Assembly (NCBI GenBank): GCA_937930175.1
Contig: CALGLP010000004.1
Span: 2,163-66,162 of the forward strand
Source: an uncultured bacterium
GTDB lineage: Bacteria; Omnitrophota; Gorgyraeia; Zapsychrales; Aceulaceae
DNA length: 64,000 nt
Direction: 5' to 3'
Shown piece after piece: positions 1-13,065 of the stretch. The translations under genes and the position numbers were made by a program. The notes beneath the pieces were generated by a model. That model searched no databases. It was not told the origin of the DNA and was given only the letters and a program-made list of their open reading frames with translations. The stretch's first letter is position 1; every line of letters starts with the position of its first letter.

Positions 1-750
1 ATCGACGCCTTAGCGCGCACAAGAACCTTGCCTCGACCTGTGTTATAGGCGTCGAGGAACCCTTGGCGTCCACAAATAATGCCTCCGGTTGGAAAATCCG
101 GGCCCTTCACGTGACGGCACAATTCTTTGATTTCAATATCAGGATTATCCACAACGCTTACAATGCCGTCGACAATCTCAGATAAATTATGAGGGGGCAT
201 ATTCGTGGCCATACCAACCGCGATGCCGCTTGAGCCGTTGATCAAAAGATTAGGAATCGCAGACGGAAGAACTTGAGGCTCTTCCAAAGAATTATCAAAG
301 TTGGGCGAAAAATCAACGGTCTTTTTTTCTAAATCCTTGAGGATTTCTTCCGCAATGGATTCCATGCGAACTTCGGTATAACGCATGGCCGCCGCGGAAT
401 CACCGTCAATGGATCCAAAGTTTCCCTGCCCATCCACCAAGGGATAACGCAAGGAAAATGTCTGCACCATGCGCACAATCGAATCATACACCGCCGTGTC
501 GCCATGGGGATGATATTTACCTAACACCTCACCGACGATACGCGCGCTTTTTTTATAAGATTTGTTATGCTCCATACCAAGCCCTTGCATCGCGTAAAGA
601 ATGCGCCGATGAACAGGCTTAAGCCCATCACGGACATCCGGCAAAGCACGGCTCACAATAACGCTCATCGAATAAGAAAGATAAGAGCTTTTCATTTCTT
701 CTTCGATATTAATCGGAAGTATTTTTTCCTTCGCTGTAAAGTCCTTCATA
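1..750 (-). CDS. gyrA: DNA gyrase subunit A, N-terminal ~250 aa (gene continues beyond window start)
   Basis: Minus-strand translation from ATG 748-750: [54 protein letters not shown]...[17 protein letters not shown], the canonical GyrA N-terminus; absent from ORF track because truncated by the window edge. Confidence 0.9.
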
Positions 751-891
751 TGTTTCTTATGCCTTTCTTAAAATAATCAATACCCAAGATACAAACACCA
801 AACTAGTTTCAAATCCCAATCAACAATAACCAAAATCCAATAAATATTATTTAGTTATTCGAGCTTGTTTATTCACTAATTATTCGTTGAC

Positions 892-3653
<2,762 letters not shown>

Positions 3654-3654
3654 A

Positions 3655-4746
3655 TTAAATACGCATTGGCAAGGCTAAATACAAATAATCCTGCAAACGA
3701 ATGACCCCCGGTTTATCAGGCCCAAGCAATTCAAGGTTAATTTGTTCCTCGACAATATTTTTCAATACCTCAATAAAAAACCCAGGATTGAAACCAACAA
3801 TGGTTTCCCCGCCGCCATACTCAATAGCCACTTCTTCCCGTGATTCTCCTACATCAGGTGTAATTTTCGAGACAACAAGCTTATCCTTAAAAACTTCAAA
3901 TTTCACAGCTTGAAAATCTGGTGTAGCAAGTAAATTGGCCCTTCGAATCGCCGAAAGAAATTCTTGAGTATTCATCTTAATCTTAATTTTTTGTTCCACA
4001 GGAATCACTTGATTATAATTAGGAAATTCTCCCTCAACAATTCGCGTGGCAATCAAAATATTATTAACATCAAATAAAATTTGATTAATTCCTATTAAAA
4101 AAGAGGTTGTTCCTTCATCTTTAAGATTACGCGTAATTTCATTAACCGCTTTAATTGGAATAATAATTTTCATTTCTTTTTTAAACGCATTTTCTAATGT
4201 GCGTTCAATCTTAGCAAGTCTGCGACCATCGGTTGCCACAATCCGTATAATATTTCCTTCTATTTCTAATAAAACACCATTTAAAACATATCTTGATTCT
4301 TCGTGTGAAACAGCAAAAGAAGTCATCCGTAACATTTCCTTTAAAACCGGTTGCTCCAGTGTGATCGCTTCTGTATTTTTAAACTCGGGAAATTTAGGAA
4401 ACTCTTCCTTAGGTAACCCATTTAGTTTAAATAAAAATTTTTCTCCTTGAATTTCGATTTGATTATTTTTTTTCGTTGAAATCATAATATCCCCTGTCGG
4501 CAATTCCTTGATAATATCGCTAAACTTTTTCGCAGGGATTGTAATTGCACCTTCTTCTAATATTTGTACAGGGATTTCACAAGAAATACCAATATCGAGA
4601 TCTGTTGCATAAAGTTTAATAGTAGAATTTTTTTTTGTTTCTACAAGCATATTTGCCAAAATTGGTAATGTAGCTTTTGGAGAAACAGCATTTTGAACCT
4701 TAAGGATGCCTTGGAGAAGATGTTCTTTAAAAATTTTTATTTTCAT
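3655..4746 (-). CDS. dnaN: DNA polymerase III beta sliding clamp
   Basis: 363 aa; three-domain clamp; directly downstream of dnaA. Confidence 0.9.
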   Translation of the reverse strand: MKIKIFKEHLLQGILKVQNAVSPKATLPILANMLVETKKNSTIKLYATDLDIGISCEIPVQILEEGAITIPAKKFSDIIKELPTGDIMISTKKNNQIEIQGEKFLFKLNGLPKEEFPKFPEFKNTEAITLEQPVLKEMLRMTSFAVSHEESRYVLNGVLLEIEGNIIRIVATDGRRLAKIERTLENAFKKEMKIIIPIKAVNEITRNLKDEGTTSFLIGINQILFDVNNILIATRIVEGEFPNYNQVIPVEQKIKIKMNTQEFLSAIRRANLLATPDFQAVKFEVFKDKLVVSKITPDVGESREEVAIEYGGGETIVGFNPGFFIEVLKNIVEEQINLELLGPDKPGVIRLQDYLYLALPMRI

Positions 4747-4894
4747 ATTTTTTATGCCTTCTTATATGGTAGTAAAATTAAAAATAGTTGTAGTATTATT
4801 AGGGTCTGTGGATAATATGAACAAGCATTAAACCTTATTAAAATAAACGAGTTATAAAAATATTATATGTGAAAAAACGGTGAATAAAATAAAA
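4747..4894. promoter_or_regulatory. AT-rich dnaA-dnaN intergenic region with a perfect DnaA box TGTGGATAA (4807-4815); candidate oriC segment
   Basis: Perfect 9-mer DnaA box in a very AT-rich spacer. Confidence 0.45.
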
Positions 4895-6226
4895 TTATGC
4901 TTTAATTTCAGTGGATAACTGTTCTAAAATATTTTTTAACTGATGATCTACTTCTATTTCTCTTTCAATTTTTTTACAAGAATGTAAAACTGTTGTATGA
5001 TCTTTTCCACCAAAAAAACCACCAATTTCCGGTAATGATAAATTAGTCAATGTTCGCGCAAGATACATGGCGATTTGCCTAGGCAAAACAACATTTTTGT
5101 TGCGTCGCGTGGCCTTGAGATCAAATAAGGAAATATTAAAGTGATTGGCAACGACTTTTTGGATCATATCAACATTAATAATTTTTGTTGTCTCACTTAC
5201 CATATCTTTTAAAATTGTTTTAGCCATGGCAAGGGAAATCGTTTTTTCTTCTAGTAAAGAATAGGCTAGGACACGGACGAGAGCCCCTTCAAGCTCGCGG
5301 ATATTTGTTTTAATCTGTGTCGCAATAAAAACAATGACATCGTCGGGTACCTTGGTGGGCTCACGTTCAATTTTTTTTCGTAAAATGGCAACGCGGGTTT
5401 CAAAATCTGGTGGCTGAATATCAGTGATTAGGCCCCACGCGAAGCGAGAGCGCAATCGCTCTTCCAGATTGGTAATACTTTTAGGAGGCTTATCCGAAGA
5501 AATGACGATTTGCTTGTGGTTTTCATGAAGCTCATTAAAGGTGTGAAAAAATTCTTCCTGTGTTGATTCTTTGCCGGCAATAAATTGGATATCATCGATC
5601 AAGAGAACGTCAACACTGCGAAAGCGTTGACGAAATTGAGTAGCGGAGCGATGGCGAATCGCGTCAATGAGGGCGTTGGTGAAGCTTTCTGATGAAAGGT
5701 AGCAGAATTTAGTTTTTGGATGCTTTGTTCTAATATGGTTGGCGATCGATTGCATAAGGTGTGTTTTTCCCAACCCTACTCCCCCGTAGATAAATAAAGG
5801 ATTATATGCTTTAGCTGGAGATTCTGCTACGGCGAGACTTGCGGCTTGTGCAAAGCGGTTCCCTGCGCCAATGACAAAATTGTCAAAGGTAAAGCGCGGT
5901 GCGATGACGGATGTTTCTTTTAGGATGGATAGGGGTTCTTCGTCTGCAAGAGTGTGTTTTTTTGGTTTATCGGAAGAAAGAGGCGCGTTGACTTCAAACT
6001 CAATATTGATATTTGTCGAGCAGAGAGTGCCAACGGTTGTTTCGATTATGTTGAGATAATGTTCAATAATCCAATTTTTAAAAAACTCATCCGGAGTTCC
6101 AATCACAAGTGTTTCAGGGTTTTTTTCTCGAACGCTTAGGGATGAAAACCATGTTTCGTAAGAGGTTTCTCCAATCTGTTCTCGAAGGGATTTTTGCGTT
6201 TTCTTCCAAACATCTAAGATCTGCAT
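4895..6226 (-). CDS. dnaA: Chromosomal replication initiator DnaA
   Basis: 443 aa; AAA+ Walker A GGVGLGKTHL; C-terminal DNA-binding domain. Confidence 0.95.
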   Translation of the reverse strand: MQILDVWKKTQKSLREQIGETSYETWFSSLSVREKNPETLVIGTPDEFFKNWIIEHYLNIIETTVGTLCSTNINIEFEVNAPLSSDKPKKHTLADEEPLSILKETSVIAPRFTFDNFVIGAGNRFAQAASLAVAESPAKAYNPLFIYGGVGLGKTHLMQSIANHIRTKHPKTKFCYLSSESFTNALIDAIRHRSATQFRQRFRSVDVLLIDDIQFIAGKESTQEEFFHTFNELHENHKQIVISSDKPPKSITNLEERLRSRFAWGLITDIQPPDFETRVAILRKKIEREPTKVPDDVIVFIATQIKTNIRELEGALVRVLAYSLLEEKTISLAMAKTILKDMVSETTKIINVDMIQKVVANHFNISLFDLKATRRNKNVVLPRQIAMYLARTLTNLSLPEIGGFFGGKDHTTVLHSCKKIEREIEVDHQLKNILEQLSTEIKA

Positions 6227-6621
6227 GGTGAGTCGTCAGAGTTTCTTTTTTAAAAAGTTATTAACAGTTCTTCCACATAATACACAGGTTTTCCACAGGC
6301 TAATAAGCAATCAAGCAGGAGCATTTTTTTATAAAACCTAAGCCTTGTAAAAAAGTGAACCTATTATAACAAAGGAAAAATGAATTTCAACAGAAAAACT
6401 TTTTATAACTAAAAAAGAGTTTTTATTTAATAAATATTTTGTTTTAAGCAAAAGAAAAAAATGTTCGTAAGGCTTTAATTATGAAAACTTTTTATCTTTC
6501 ATGAAATGAAAAAAACTTGACTAGAATAATGCGCGTGATATACTTAACCAAATATTTATGATTTTCTTTTTTATCGAACGCTGATAAACAGCGCTCGGCG
6601 GGTTAACGTTAAGGAAAGTAA
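6227..6621. promoter_or_regulatory. dnaA upstream AT-rich region with two DnaA-box-like 9-mers (TCTTCCACA 6269-6277, TTTTCCACA 6288-6296) and putative rpmH promoter (TTGACT 6517-6522, TATACT 6539-6544)
   Basis: AT-rich; DnaA-box near-matches; -35/-10 hexamers with a 16-nt spacer upstream of rpmH. Confidence 0.4.
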
Positions 6622-6759
6622 ATGAAAAAACATCTAAAGATACCAACAAAGATTAAAGGGAAAAAACGTCACGGTTTCCGTCGAAGAATGAAAACTGCTG
6701 ATGGGCGAAAAGTTTTGAAAAGACGACGTCAAAAAGGACGAAAAAAACTATCAGTTTAG
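6622..6759 (+). CDS. rpmH: 50S ribosomal protein L34
   Basis: 45 aa [45 protein letters not shown]; below the ORF-track size cutoff. Confidence 0.85.
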   Translation: MKKHLKIPTKIKGKKRHGFRRRMKTADGRKVLKRRRQKGRKKLSV

Positions 6760-6782
6760 TGTGACCCTGGTAGACAAGCACT

Positions 6783-6995
6783 GTGATGATAAAAATTTTG
6801 TCTTTTATGATCGTTTTTTATCAGAGGATAAAGCACGCGGTGGTTCCATCAACGTGTCGTTTTTATCCCTCCTGCTCCGAATATAGCCTTTTAGCTTTAA
6901 AGAAATACGGGCTTTTTAAAGGAATGATATTGTCTGTAAAACGCATATTACGTTGCTCTCCCCTGTCTGCGGGAGGGTTTGATCCCCTAAAATAG
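6783..6995 (+). CDS. yidD: Membrane protein insertion efficiency factor YidD
   Basis: 70 aa with the CRFYPSCSEY motif. Confidence 0.75.
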   Translation: MMIKILSFMIVFYQRIKHAVVPSTCRFYPSCSEYSLLALKKYGLFKGMILSVKRILRCSPLSAGGFDPLK

Positions 6996-7008
6996 AAAAA
7001 GGAATATC

Positions 7009-8622
7009 ATGGAAAAAAGAACATTTTTAGCTATTATATTATCAATATTTGTATTATTTGGGTATCAAACTCTTTTTGTCAACAAAGTAGCGAAAAATGT
7101 TCAGCCTTCATTAATTGATTCACAAACTATTGCAAAAGAAGAGTTTACATCTGATTTAAAAATAGACAAAATACAGAAAAATGATATCGTAAAAAATATT
7201 CAGGAAAATATTGAAAAAAAAATAATAACAATTGAGACTAGCAAGCTTTTGCTTACTTTTTCGAATATCGGCGGAGCGATCGTTGGAATTGATATAAAAA
7301 ATCAGCAAGTCCTCCCTGTCACAAATATTTCGACATTAATCGAATATGCAGATCTACCATTTGAACTTTTAAGTAATCGTAATGGTGAGGTTGTTTATAG
7401 GCTTGTTTTTGGTGATTATGAGATTACAAAAATTTATAATATGTCCAATCAGGATTATTTAGTAAATACTGAAATTTTAATAAAAAATATATCTAAAATG
7501 TCCAATGTGAAGAACGTAGAAATTGGAGCTTTTCAAGTTGATACAAAGTTAATAAAAAATAAAAAAGATAATGAAAATGGTTTATATGAATATAGTATTG
7601 CAACAGGAACGAAAACTATTCGAAAATCAAATGCTTACAAGTTTTCAGTCAAGGAGTCTAAGAGTGAAAATCAGCCTGTAAGATGGCTGGGATTTCGCGA
7701 TAAATTTTATTGTTCAGTGTTTAAACCAGAATTTGATGCTATCGGTTATAAAATAGATCCAGAAATAGAAACAAAGCTTAATATTTCTGTTGAGTCAAAA
7801 ACAACAAGTCTAAATCCAGGAGATCAAGTATCATTAAAAAGTACATATTATTTTGGGCCTCAAGATCAAGACTTACTGAAAAGTTACGAACTTGGCGATT
7901 TCGTTGTTTTTAGCCAGTTTGGATTGCTTGACATGATATCAAAATTTGTTATAAATATTGTTAAATTTATGCACAAATTTGTTCCAAGTCTGGGTTTATG
8001 TTTAATTCTTGTAAGTATTATAATTTATGGAGCAATGTATCCATTGACCATGAGCGGTATGCTTTCTATGAGAAAAATGCAAGCTTTGCAACCAAAAATG
8101 GCAAAGTTAAAGGAGCAATATAAGAATAATCCTCAGAAATTGAATCAAGAAGTAATGAATTTATATAAAGAAAATTCAATAAATCCATTTGGTGGATGCT
8201 TACCTTTTTTATTACAAATGCCAGTTTTTATAGCTCTTTATCAAGCGCTGTGGAGATCTGTTATATTTCAAGGCCAAGGATTCTTGTGGATTAAAGATTT
8301 AGCACTTCCAGATAGGTTTTTTATTTTACCCAACAAACTGCCTATAATAGGGGACGAAATCAATCTTTTACCATTATTAATGATGGTTGCTATGTTTTTT
8401 CAACAAAGACTTTCAACAAAGAATATGCCTGTTACAGATCCTAGTCAAGCTATGCAGCAGAAGATGATGGCATGGTTTTTCCCTATATTCCTAGGAGTTT
8501 TGTTTTATAAGTTCGCAAGCGGACTCAATCTTTATTTCACTGTATTTTACACGCTTTCAACTCTTACGCAGTTAAGAATGTCCAAAATGAACACATGTTT
8601 GGTACCAGAATCAAGGTCTTAA
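7009..8622 (+). CDS. yidC: Membrane protein insertase YidC
   Basis: 537 aa; N-terminal TM, conserved 60-kDa insertase C-terminal core. Confidence 0.9.
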   Translation: MEKRTFLAIILSIFVLFGYQTLFVNKVAKNVQPSLIDSQTIAKEEFTSDLKIDKIQKNDIVKNIQENIEKKIITIETSKLLLTFSNIGGAIVGIDIKNQQVLPVTNISTLIEYADLPFELLSNRNGEVVYRLVFGDYEITKIYNMSNQDYLVNTEILIKNISKMSNVKNVEIGAFQVDTKLIKNKKDNENGLYEYSIATGTKTIRKSNAYKFSVKESKSENQPVRWLGFRDKFYCSVFKPEFDAIGYKIDPEIETKLNISVESKTTSLNPGDQVSLKSTYYFGPQDQDLLKSYELGDFVVFSQFGLLDMISKFVINIVKFMHKFVPSLGLCLILVSIIIYGAMYPLTMSGMLSMRKMQALQPKMAKLKEQYKNNPQKLNQEVMNLYKENSINPFGGCLPFLLQMPVFIALYQALWRSVIFQGQGFLWIKDLALPDRFFILPNKLPIIGDEINLLPLLMMVAMFFQQRLSTKNMPVTDPSQAMQQKMMAWFFPIFLGVLFYKFASGLNLYFTVFYTLSTLTQLRMSKMNTCLVPESRS

Positions 8623-8840
8623 AAACTGAGGATAAATTGAAGAAAGAAAATAGTGATAAAAAAGGTTTTGAATTTTACGGAAGAACAGTTGAAGAGTCAA
8701 TTCAAATGGCAATGAAAGAGTTCAATGTTCCACGTGAATCATTGGACATAAAGATAGTTTCTGAAGAGAAAAAAGGGCTTTTTGGTATGGATGGAGAAAA
8801 ACCAGCAAAAATTATTGCTTCTTTGAAGAAAAAGAAGTAA
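8595..8840 (+). CDS. Jag/KhpB N-terminal-domain protein
   Basis: 81 aa following yidC (conserved yidC-jag linkage); Jag_N-like sequence. Confidence 0.4.
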   Translation: MFGTRIKVLKTEDKLKKENSDKKGFEFYGRTVEESIQMAMKEFNVPRESLDIKIVSEEKKGLFGMDGEKPAKIIASLKKKK

Positions 8841-8867
8841 TATGGTTTTGTAGAGAATTTATAAAAG

Positions 8868-8884
8868 CTGTTCCACGTGGAACC
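8868..8884. promoter_or_regulatory. parS-like centromere palindrome cTGTTCCACGTGGAACc upstream of parA
   Basis: Perfect 14-bp palindrome GTTCCACGTGGAAC, close to the consensus parS TGTTTCACGTGAAACA; partial half-site GTGGAAC again near 8985. Confidence 0.5.
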
Positions 8885-9008
8885 CCGTTTGAGAATTTGA
8901 TTGGTTGTCAGAAAAATGTTGGTGGAATGAAGCCCAGCCGAGAATCGTAATTAAGATGCAATTAAGATTTGAGATTCTCTGACGGGGTGGAACCCAGAGG
9001 GTATTTAA

Positions 9009-9806
9009 ATGGGAAAAATAATAGCTTTCTGTAATCAAAAAGGTGGAACAGGGAAGACGACAACAGCTGTTAATTTATCAGCAGCTTTAAGTGAGAAGAA
9101 TAAAAAAATACTTCTTGTTGATATGGATCCGCAGGGAAACGCAACAAGCGGACTAGGTATAAACAAAAATCAAATACAAAGATCTATATACGATGTTCTT
9201 TTAAATAAATCAAAAGTTAGTGATATCTCTGTCCAATCTGAATTTAAAAATCTTTTTGTTGCTCCATGTAATATTAATTTAACTGGAGCAGAGATTGAAT
9301 TGGTTGGTTCTTTGTCTAGAGAAACAAGGCTTAAGAGAGGCCTTGAGGAGATAAAAAGCGAGTATGATTACATTTTTATTGATTCGCCGCCGTCATTAGG
9401 ACTGATTACGTTGAATTCATTGGTTGCAAGCGATTCGATCATTATTCCTATCCAATGTGAGTTTTATGCCCTCGAAGGAGTCTCGCAACTTTTAAATACG
9501 ATTAATTTAATTAGGGAAGGTCTTAACCCAACTCTTCATATTGAGGGCGTTTTGATGACAATGGCAGACTTCAGAACAAATTTGACATCTGAAGTTATTA
9601 ATGAAATTAAGACTTTTTTTAAGGATAAGGCCTACAAAACAGTTATTCCAAGAAACGTTAAATTAAGTGAAGCGCCAAGCTTTGGAAAGCCGATTTCTGT
9701 TTATGATCGTAATTCAATCGGCGCAAAGAAGTATGAGCAGTTTGCAAGAGAATTTCTCGGCGAGAAGATAGCAGAAGAGACTGAAAAGATTCTTCAGACA
9801 AATTAA
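9009..9806 (+). CDS. parA: Chromosome partitioning ATPase ParA/Soj
   Basis: 265 aa; deviant Walker A KGGTGKTT. Confidence 0.9.
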   Translation: MGKIIAFCNQKGGTGKTTTAVNLSAALSEKNKKILLVDMDPQGNATSGLGINKNQIQRSIYDVLLNKSKVSDISVQSEFKNLFVAPCNINLTGAEIELVGSLSRETRLKRGLEEIKSEYDYIFIDSPPSLGLITLNSLVASDSIIIPIQCEFYALEGVSQLLNTINLIREGLNPTLHIEGVLMTMADFRTNLTSEVINEIKTFFKDKAYKTVIPRNVKLSEAPSFGKPISVYDRNSIGAKKYEQFAREFLGEKIAEETEKILQTN

Positions 9807-9821
9807 CAAGGGGAAGAGAAA

Positions 9822-10673
9822 ATGGAAAAAAGTGCTTTAGGAAAAGGCCTGTCTGCTTTGATTCCCGAGAATTTTAAAAGTGATACCGATGAAAGTATTG
9901 CGTATGTCAATATTTCTCAAATTCAGAAGAATAACTTTCAGCCGCGTAAAGAATTTAAAGAAGAGAAATTATCTGACCTTGTTTCTTCTATCAAAGAAAA
10001 AGGAGTTCTTCAGCCGCTTTTGTTACGCAAAAAAGGTGATGGATATGAACTTATCGCAGGTGAGCGACGTTTGCGAGCTGCGCAGTCTTTAAATATTGAA
10101 AAAGTTCCAGCGATCATCAAATCAGCCACTGATGAAGAATCTTTAGTCTTGGCTTTAATTGAAAACATTCAGCGTGAAGATCTTAACCCAATTGACGAAG
10201 CAAAGGCTTATCGACGATTGGTTGAAGATTTTAGTTTTACACAAGACCATGTGGCACAATCAGTTGGGAAAGATAGGACAACCGTTACAAACATGTTGAG
10301 ATTATTGACTCTGCCTGAAGAAATTCAAAAAAGTATCGTAGACGGTGCTTTCTCTGTTGGTCATGCGCGAACAATTTTGTCGGTCAAAGATAGGATGCGA
10401 CAAACGTTTTTATGGAAGAAAACCATTGATAAAGGATTTTCCGTTCGTGAACTTGAGAATATTATCAAATCTGAAGAGAGTGCCCAAGAGGGGAAGCGAA
10501 AAGTTGGCGCTGAGAAAAAAGATCCTTATGTAGTTTCTGTGGAGGAGGACTTGCAACGCGCTTTAGGAACAAAGGTTCGTCTTGTGACAAAGAAAAAAAG
10601 AGGAACAATTGTTATTGAGTATTATTCGAATGACGACCTAGGCCGCATCATCAAGGCCATTGTTCGTTCTTAA
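9822..10673 (+). CDS. parB: Chromosome partitioning protein ParB/Spo0J
   Basis: 283 aa; ParB box GERRLRAA; HTH. Confidence 0.9.
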   Translation: MEKSALGKGLSALIPENFKSDTDESIAYVNISQIQKNNFQPRKEFKEEKLSDLVSSIKEKGVLQPLLLRKKGDGYELIAGERRLRAAQSLNIEKVPAIIKSATDEESLVLALIENIQREDLNPIDEAKAYRRLVEDFSFTQDHVAQSVGKDRTTVTNMLRLLTLPEEIQKSIVDGAFSVGHARTILSVKDRMRQTFLWKKTIDKGFSVRELENIIKSEESAQEGKRKVGAEKKDPYVVSVEEDLQRALGTKVRLVTKKKRGTIVIEYYSNDDLGRIIKAIVRS

Positions 10674-10688
10674 CAAAAAAGGAACATT

Positions 10689-11510
10689 ATGATCAAAAGT
10701 ATGACAGGGTTTAGTTCCGTCGAGATCTCGCTTGGAGCGATGAAAGCTGTTTTAGAGATACGCAGCGTTAATCATCGTTATTTGGATATTGCTTATTTTT
10801 TACCCCTAGGCTTTACATCGTGTGAAGATCGCTTGCGGCAAGTGATACAGAAAGCCATTGCTAGAGGACGCGTTACTATTTCGATGAAGATTGTTAAGAA
10901 GCAGGAGCCGATGATTACTTTTAATAAAAGCGTTGTCAGGGATTATCTTAAGCGCGAAAAAGAAATTAAAAAAGAATTTGGCTTGAAAGGTGTCTTGATG
11001 TTAAGCGACTTGATTCGGCTTCCTGGGGTTGTAGAAATTCAGGATGTTGAGCCTAGAGCAAGCACGCTTTTACCAGCAATCGAAAAGGCTACGACGAAGG
11101 CTTTAAATTTGTTGATTGTTATGCGCTTGCGAGAGGGTAAGAGCATTGTTTTGGATATTCTTAAGCAAACAAGTCGTATGTTATTGGAAATAAACACGAT
11201 ACGAGCGAAAGAAAAAGAAATTTTATCCTATAAAAAACAGAAATTGAGTACTGAAGAATTTGAGTCGTATCAAAAGGGAATTGATGTCAATGAGGAGCTT
11301 GCACGCCTTGCACACCATATTGATGAGGTGAGACATCTTTTAAAGGCCAAAGAGGCTGTTGGAAAGAAAATGGATTTTATTGCTCAAGAAATGCAGCGCG
11401 AAGCCAATACAATTGGGTCAAAGCTTCAAGACAAGGTTGTTTCAAGCTCTGTTATTTCTTTGAAAAGCAACATTGAGAAATTGCGTGAGCAAGCACAAAA
11501 TATTGAATAA
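10689..11510 (+). CDS. yicC: YicC-family stress-induced protein
   Basis: 273 aa; YicC N-terminal family sequence. Confidence 0.75.
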   Translation: MIKSMTGFSSVEISLGAMKAVLEIRSVNHRYLDIAYFLPLGFTSCEDRLRQVIQKAIARGRVTISMKIVKKQEPMITFNKSVVRDYLKREKEIKKEFGLKGVLMLSDLIRLPGVVEIQDVEPRASTLLPAIEKATTKALNLLIVMRLREGKSIVLDILKQTSRMLLEINTIRAKEKEILSYKKQKLSTEEFESYQKGIDVNEELARLAHHIDEVRHLLKAKEAVGKKMDFIAQEMQREANTIGSKLQDKVVSSSVISLKSNIEKLREQAQNIE

Positions 11511-11514
11511 GGAT

Positions 11515-12114
11515 ATGAAAAGGTTGCCGGGTCGTATTTTTGTCTTGTCAGGCCCGTCGGGTTCTGGCAAAACAACCTTGCATCACACATTGCTCCTTGA
11601 TAAAAAAATGAGATCCTGTTTGGTTAAAACGATCTCTGCAACGACGAGGAAAAAGCGCGTCGGAGAACGTCAAGGCAGAGACTATTTGTTTTTAACCAAA
11701 AAACAGTTTTTACGTCGCATCGAGACTGGATATTTCTTAGAATGGCAAAAAGTTTTTACCGATTATTATGGAACGCCTAAGGCTCAAGCAGAAAAAATAT
11801 TAAAAAAAGGTAAGAATATTTTGTTGTGTATTGATGTGCAGGGTGCGCGTATTGTGTTCAAAACGTTTAAAGATGCGGTGGGTATTTTTATTAAGGCGCC
11901 ATCGCTAGCGATCTTGAAAAAACGTCTTCAAAAGAGAGCAACAGAAACTCCCAAGGCTTTGGCGTTTAGACTTGCAGTTGCTAAGCGGGAAATGAAGGAG
12001 GTTAGGCGATATCACCATGTTGTTGTTAATGACAGCGTTTTAAGAGCAGTCCACAAACTTAAAAGAATTGTTAACCATGAACTAAAGAAGAAATTAAGAG
12101 GAGGCAAGGCATAA
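11515..12114 (+). CDS. gmk: Guanylate kinase
   Basis: P-loop GPSGSGKTT; conserved yicC-gmk-rpoZ order; start chosen at ATG 11515. Confidence 0.85.
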   Translation: MKRLPGRIFVLSGPSGSGKTTLHHTLLLDKKMRSCLVKTISATTRKKRVGERQGRDYLFLTKKQFLRRIETGYFLEWQKVFTDYYGTPKAQAEKILKKGKNILLCIDVQGARIVFKTFKDAVGIFIKAPSLAILKKRLQKRATETPKALAFRLAVAKREMKEVRRYHHVVVNDSVLRAVHKLKRIVNHELKKKLRGGKA

Positions 12115-12115
12115 A

Positions 12116-12385
12116 ATGAGTTATCAACCGTTAGAAAAATTATTACCAAGAGCTGGAAAAAGTATTTACCAGCTTGTTTTGCTAGCTTCCAAGCGCGCTA
12201 CAGAGCTTGCGGAAGGAATGCCAAAGCTTGTCGAGCGACCGCTCACAATTAAGACAACAACACTTGCTCTTGACGAGATTTTAGAAGGCATGGTGGTGAT
12301 GAAGGGTTACGAATCTCAGCTGCATCACAGGGAGCCTGTTACAGAAGGTGTAGAAGCGAAGGCTGATAAAAAACATAAGGAATAA
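12116..12385 (+). CDS. rpoZ: RNA polymerase omega subunit
   Basis: 89 aa; follows gmk. Confidence 0.8.
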   Translation: MSYQPLEKLLPRAGKSIYQLVLLASKRATELAEGMPKLVERPLTIKTTTLALDEILEGMVVMKGYESQLHHREPVTEGVEAKADKKHKE

Positions 12386-12390
12386 TAAAC

Positions 12391-12942
12391 ATGTCAAGAA
12401 ACAAGCATGTTGTGCTTGGTGTTACGGGGAGCATTGCAGCTTATAAAGCTTGTGAGATCATCCGTGCGCTGCAAAGGCAAGGCATAGACGTTTCTGTTGT
12501 TATGACCACAGAGGCCAAGCAATTTGTTACGCCACTAACTTTTGCGAGTCTTTCGCGAAATCGTGTTTATGGGGATATGTTTGTTAAGGATTGGGCTGAT
12601 TGGGATATTGAACATGTGAGCTTGGCAGAGCGCGCTGATCTTTTGCTTATTGCTCCGGCGACAGCAAATGTGATTGGTAAGATCGCTCAGGGATTGGCGG
12701 ATGATTTGCTTTCTTGTCTTGCCATGACAACGAAAGCGCCTATTATTATAGCTCCAGCGATGAATACAGGGATGTACATAAATAAAATTGTTCAAGAAAA
12801 TATTAAAAAGTTGCAAGCCCATGGTTTTCACATCATTTCTCCGGTGAAAGGTCTTTTGGCTTGCGGAACTGTTGGCGATGGACACCTAGCGGATATTGAG
12901 ACGATTGTAAAGAAAGTTTGCGCTCTTTTGAAAAATAAATAA
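12391..12942 (+). CDS. coaC: Phosphopantothenoylcysteine decarboxylase flavoprotein (CoaC half only)
   Basis: 183 aa; flavoprotein fold; conserved gmk-rpoZ-coaBC neighbourhood. Confidence 0.7.
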   Translation: MSRNKHVVLGVTGSIAAYKACEIIRALQRQGIDVSVVMTTEAKQFVTPLTFASLSRNRVYGDMFVKDWADWDIEHVSLAERADLLLIAPATANVIGKIAQGLADDLLSCLAMTTKAPIIIAPAMNTGMYINKIVQENIKKLQAHGFHIISPVKGLLACGTVGDGHLADIETIVKKVCALLKNK

Positions 12943-13065
12943 AATAGATGACGACGCCTCGCTTTATCTTTAAAACTATATAAAGGAAAAAGAAACGTAG
13001 TCAAGTCGAGGCAGAGTTCCTTTGGGAGATGAGGAATACGTTGTTATTTGGAATAAGGAGATTTT

